Assembly (NCBI GenBank): GCA_028023455.1
Contig: JAQFVV010000003.1
Span: forward strand, 19,716,001 to 19,780,000
DNA: 64,000 bases
From: Epiperipatus broadwayi
Taxonomy: Eukaryota; Animalia; Onychophora
Direction: 5' to 3'
Both the position numbers and the translations under genes were made by a program. The notes beneath the pieces were generated by a model that had not been told where the DNA came from, did no database searches, and saw only the letters and a program-made list of their open reading frames with translations. Within the stretch, counting starts at the first letter, position 1. Each line of letters begins with the position of its first letter. Positions 61,919 through 64,000 of this stretch are shown here, in pieces.

Positions 61919-62463
61919 TAATAATAGTAATAATAACAAGTCAGATGTCACATGACTTATATATAGCTTGCACTTACAAATATGTAAAATTAAGAGCGTG
62001 CTAAAAGCTTGTTTAGAGCTATTAGCATGCTCTTAATTTTACATATTTGTAAGTGCAAGCTATATATGTCATGTGACATCTGACTTTGTTATTATTACTA
62101 TTATTATTTTGCTGTTGTGGCTTTAGCTAAATTAAAGGGCTAAGCCTACTAATATATGGAGTATCTGAATTAAGTTCAGGCCCATATGATTTTTTCAGTT
62201 GGAGAGCTGACTTTAAAGACGTGTAGATGTCTAAAAGTTTCAGATCTTCTTCTAACAATTAACTTTTAGATAAATGCTTTGCTTGAGTTGGTTTTTTAAA
62301 TCTAATGTCCCAACTCCTCACTGAAGAGACCCATAGATCGAAACCGGTCTGTGGATGGGGACAATCCAAGATAAAAATGATTTGAATGCCTTCTCTTGTA
62401 GTAGCATTTATCATAAATAAATAAAAAAGCTTGTTTAGAGCTATTAGCATGCTCTTAATTTTA
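61919..62463 (+). mobile_element. PLE/retrozyme-like unit: ~422-bp monomer with ~40-bp terminal redundancy and an ~85-bp inverted 5' arm
   Basis: AAGCTTGTTTAGAGCTATTAGCATGCTCTTAATTTTA repeats with a 422-bp period (62005, 62427). 61919-62003 pairs with 62022-62107. The body aligns with the 370-bp unit at 55 kb (e.g. CTA.TAATATATGG...ATCTGAA.T.AGTT and ATGTCT.AAAGTTTCAGAT.TTCTTCT). Confidence 0.85.
62316..62354 (+). ncRNA. Minimal type I hammerhead ribozyme motif, slightly decayed
   Basis: CCTCA CTGAAGA GACC CATA GATC GAAA CCGG TC TGTGG: canonical core, palindromic helix III ACCGGT and a GUC triplet, with one mismatch each in helix I and helix II. Confidence 0.75.
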
Positions 62464-62929
62464 TATATATTAATGTTGTTTTAAAAATTTGAGTAATGAA
62501 TTATATTTAATTTACACCCACACAGAAGCTATGATTTTTAATATATTTTACACTTTTTCTTTTATAATCATTTTGACAATTTCAGAATTTGAAACTTAAC
62601 TTTGAAACCAAGGTTTTGAAATAACAAGTCTATCTGTACTAGTTTTCAAAGAGTAAAAAACAAGAGTCGAATTAGTGGGTGGACCAAATCAGGCTACTCA
62701 AGAATTTCACATATATAAGATAAACTCTGGCATATATATATATAGGGCAGAATGTGTAAGTCGAAATAATAGTGAAATATCGATTGGTCCACAGTAAAAT
62801 TATAAGTATATATACTTAAGAAATATTGAAGGCGTAAGGAAGTCAGGGAAGGGGGCAGCACTGTGCTTTGGGGGTTTGTAGGTTTGGAACTTAGCACGTA
62901 GAACAATATATATATACATCACATAAAGA

Positions 62930-64000
62930 GGATGGAGTTGATAAGAACAAAAGTATATGGGGGGAAGAAGGAAGAGATGCCAGTAGATCACCTTAGGAGT
63001 CTGCAAAGATACTTTGAGGGTTATGAAACACCAGACAAGGTGAGAATAACAATAGCGTCTTACCACCTAGAAGGGCAGGCCGTGGATTGATGGAACTCAT
63101 TGCTACACCAACCGCGGACATTTTTAGATTACAAGACAGCCCTGGAGAGTTTTCTGGAGTGAAAAAAGGCAGGACATTAGATTCCAATTGATGAGAAGTT
63201 TCAAGAGGATGGACCAGAGAAATATGTACATTTTTTTTACACATCAAGTAGCCACACTCAAGACATTAGAAACATGTAATTTGTCAGAGAAACAGATTGT
63301 GAAGATAGTCTGCCGAAACCTGTCAATAAGAATAGGATTGATGCTAGAGAAAGGGGAGACAACTCGTCTAAAGAAATGTTATTGAGTCAAATAGAAATAA
63401 GTGTGGAAATGAGACAGATCCGAGAGAAAAAGGAAATAGACCGGAGAGACATAAGATTCAGACAGCAACCAAATTCAAAACACATGGGGAACCTAATTTG
63501 TTCATGGGAGGACTGCGTACCAAGTTATGCATGCCAAACATGTCTGAAAATACAGATAAAGCAGGACAGACCAAAGTAGAAGTGCTTATTGATTCAGGGA
63601 GTCAGGTCTCTGTAATAACAGAAAAATTGTATTGTAAACTCATCAGAGAACAACCAAATATACCTGTTCTACCATTGAAAGCTGTACAAGTGGTGATGGC
63701 CAACACCAGAATGGCCAAGGTTGAACCCAAATAAATATGGCTGAATGTCAAAATCCATGGAGTAAGTTGCCCCCATGTATTACTAATCATGAAAAATTTG
63801 GTTTGTGATGTTTTATTGGGAACTGACTTTTTATACAAATATAAATGTAAGTTGAACTATGAGAGGAGACAAGCCACATGTAATGGGGAGATGGTTGGAT
63901 TTATAATGGATAGCACAGATAGTTCAATAGTGGCTTTGCAAGTTGCTGATGAACACAATGACTTGATAACAAAAAAAATAGACCAGGCGAAGATGGCTTG
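62930..64000 (+). mobile_element. Ty3/Gypsy LTR retrotransposon remnant (gag and aspartic protease), running off the window
   Basis: The gag-like stretch PVDHLRSLQRYFE...IASYHLEGQAVD*WNSL has stops. The retropepsin VEVLIDSGSQVSVI continues in frame past a TAA at 63732 into DVLLGTDFLYKYKCKLNY. Confidence 0.85.

Overview
This is a very AT-rich, CpG-depleted eukaryotic (animal-like, probably invertebrate) genomic window with no prokaryotic features. One host gene is well supported: a penta-EF-hand peflin (PEF1-like) gene on the + strand. It has a 49-bp Gly/Pro-rich exon at 8345-8393, a ~9.4-kb intron and a terminal exon at 17752-18323; its start exon was not found. The rest is mostly transposon-derived: two broken copies of an APE-RT-CCHC LINE with (CATCA)n tails, decayed RTE-like and L2/CR1-like LINE fragments, an internally deleted mariner, a hAT derivative, several MITE/foldback hairpins, a Ty3/Gypsy gag-protease remnant at the right edge, and a diverged ~315-bp tandem array split into three clusters. 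The most notable signal, which the ORF track does not show, is a set of eight minimal type I hammerhead-ribozyme motifs at four loci in Penelope-like or retrozyme-like repeats, each with a palindromic helix III. They comprise a four-ribozyme inverted-tandem insertion at 55001-56120 whose 13-bp TSD is backed by an empty paralogous site 4 kb away; a Penelope GIY-YIG element whose core reads AUGAUUA (an apparent compensatory A3-U8 swap of the C3-G8 pair); and single motifs at 45.4 kb and 62.3 kb. All folds and alignments were done by eye, and ribozyme activity is untested.
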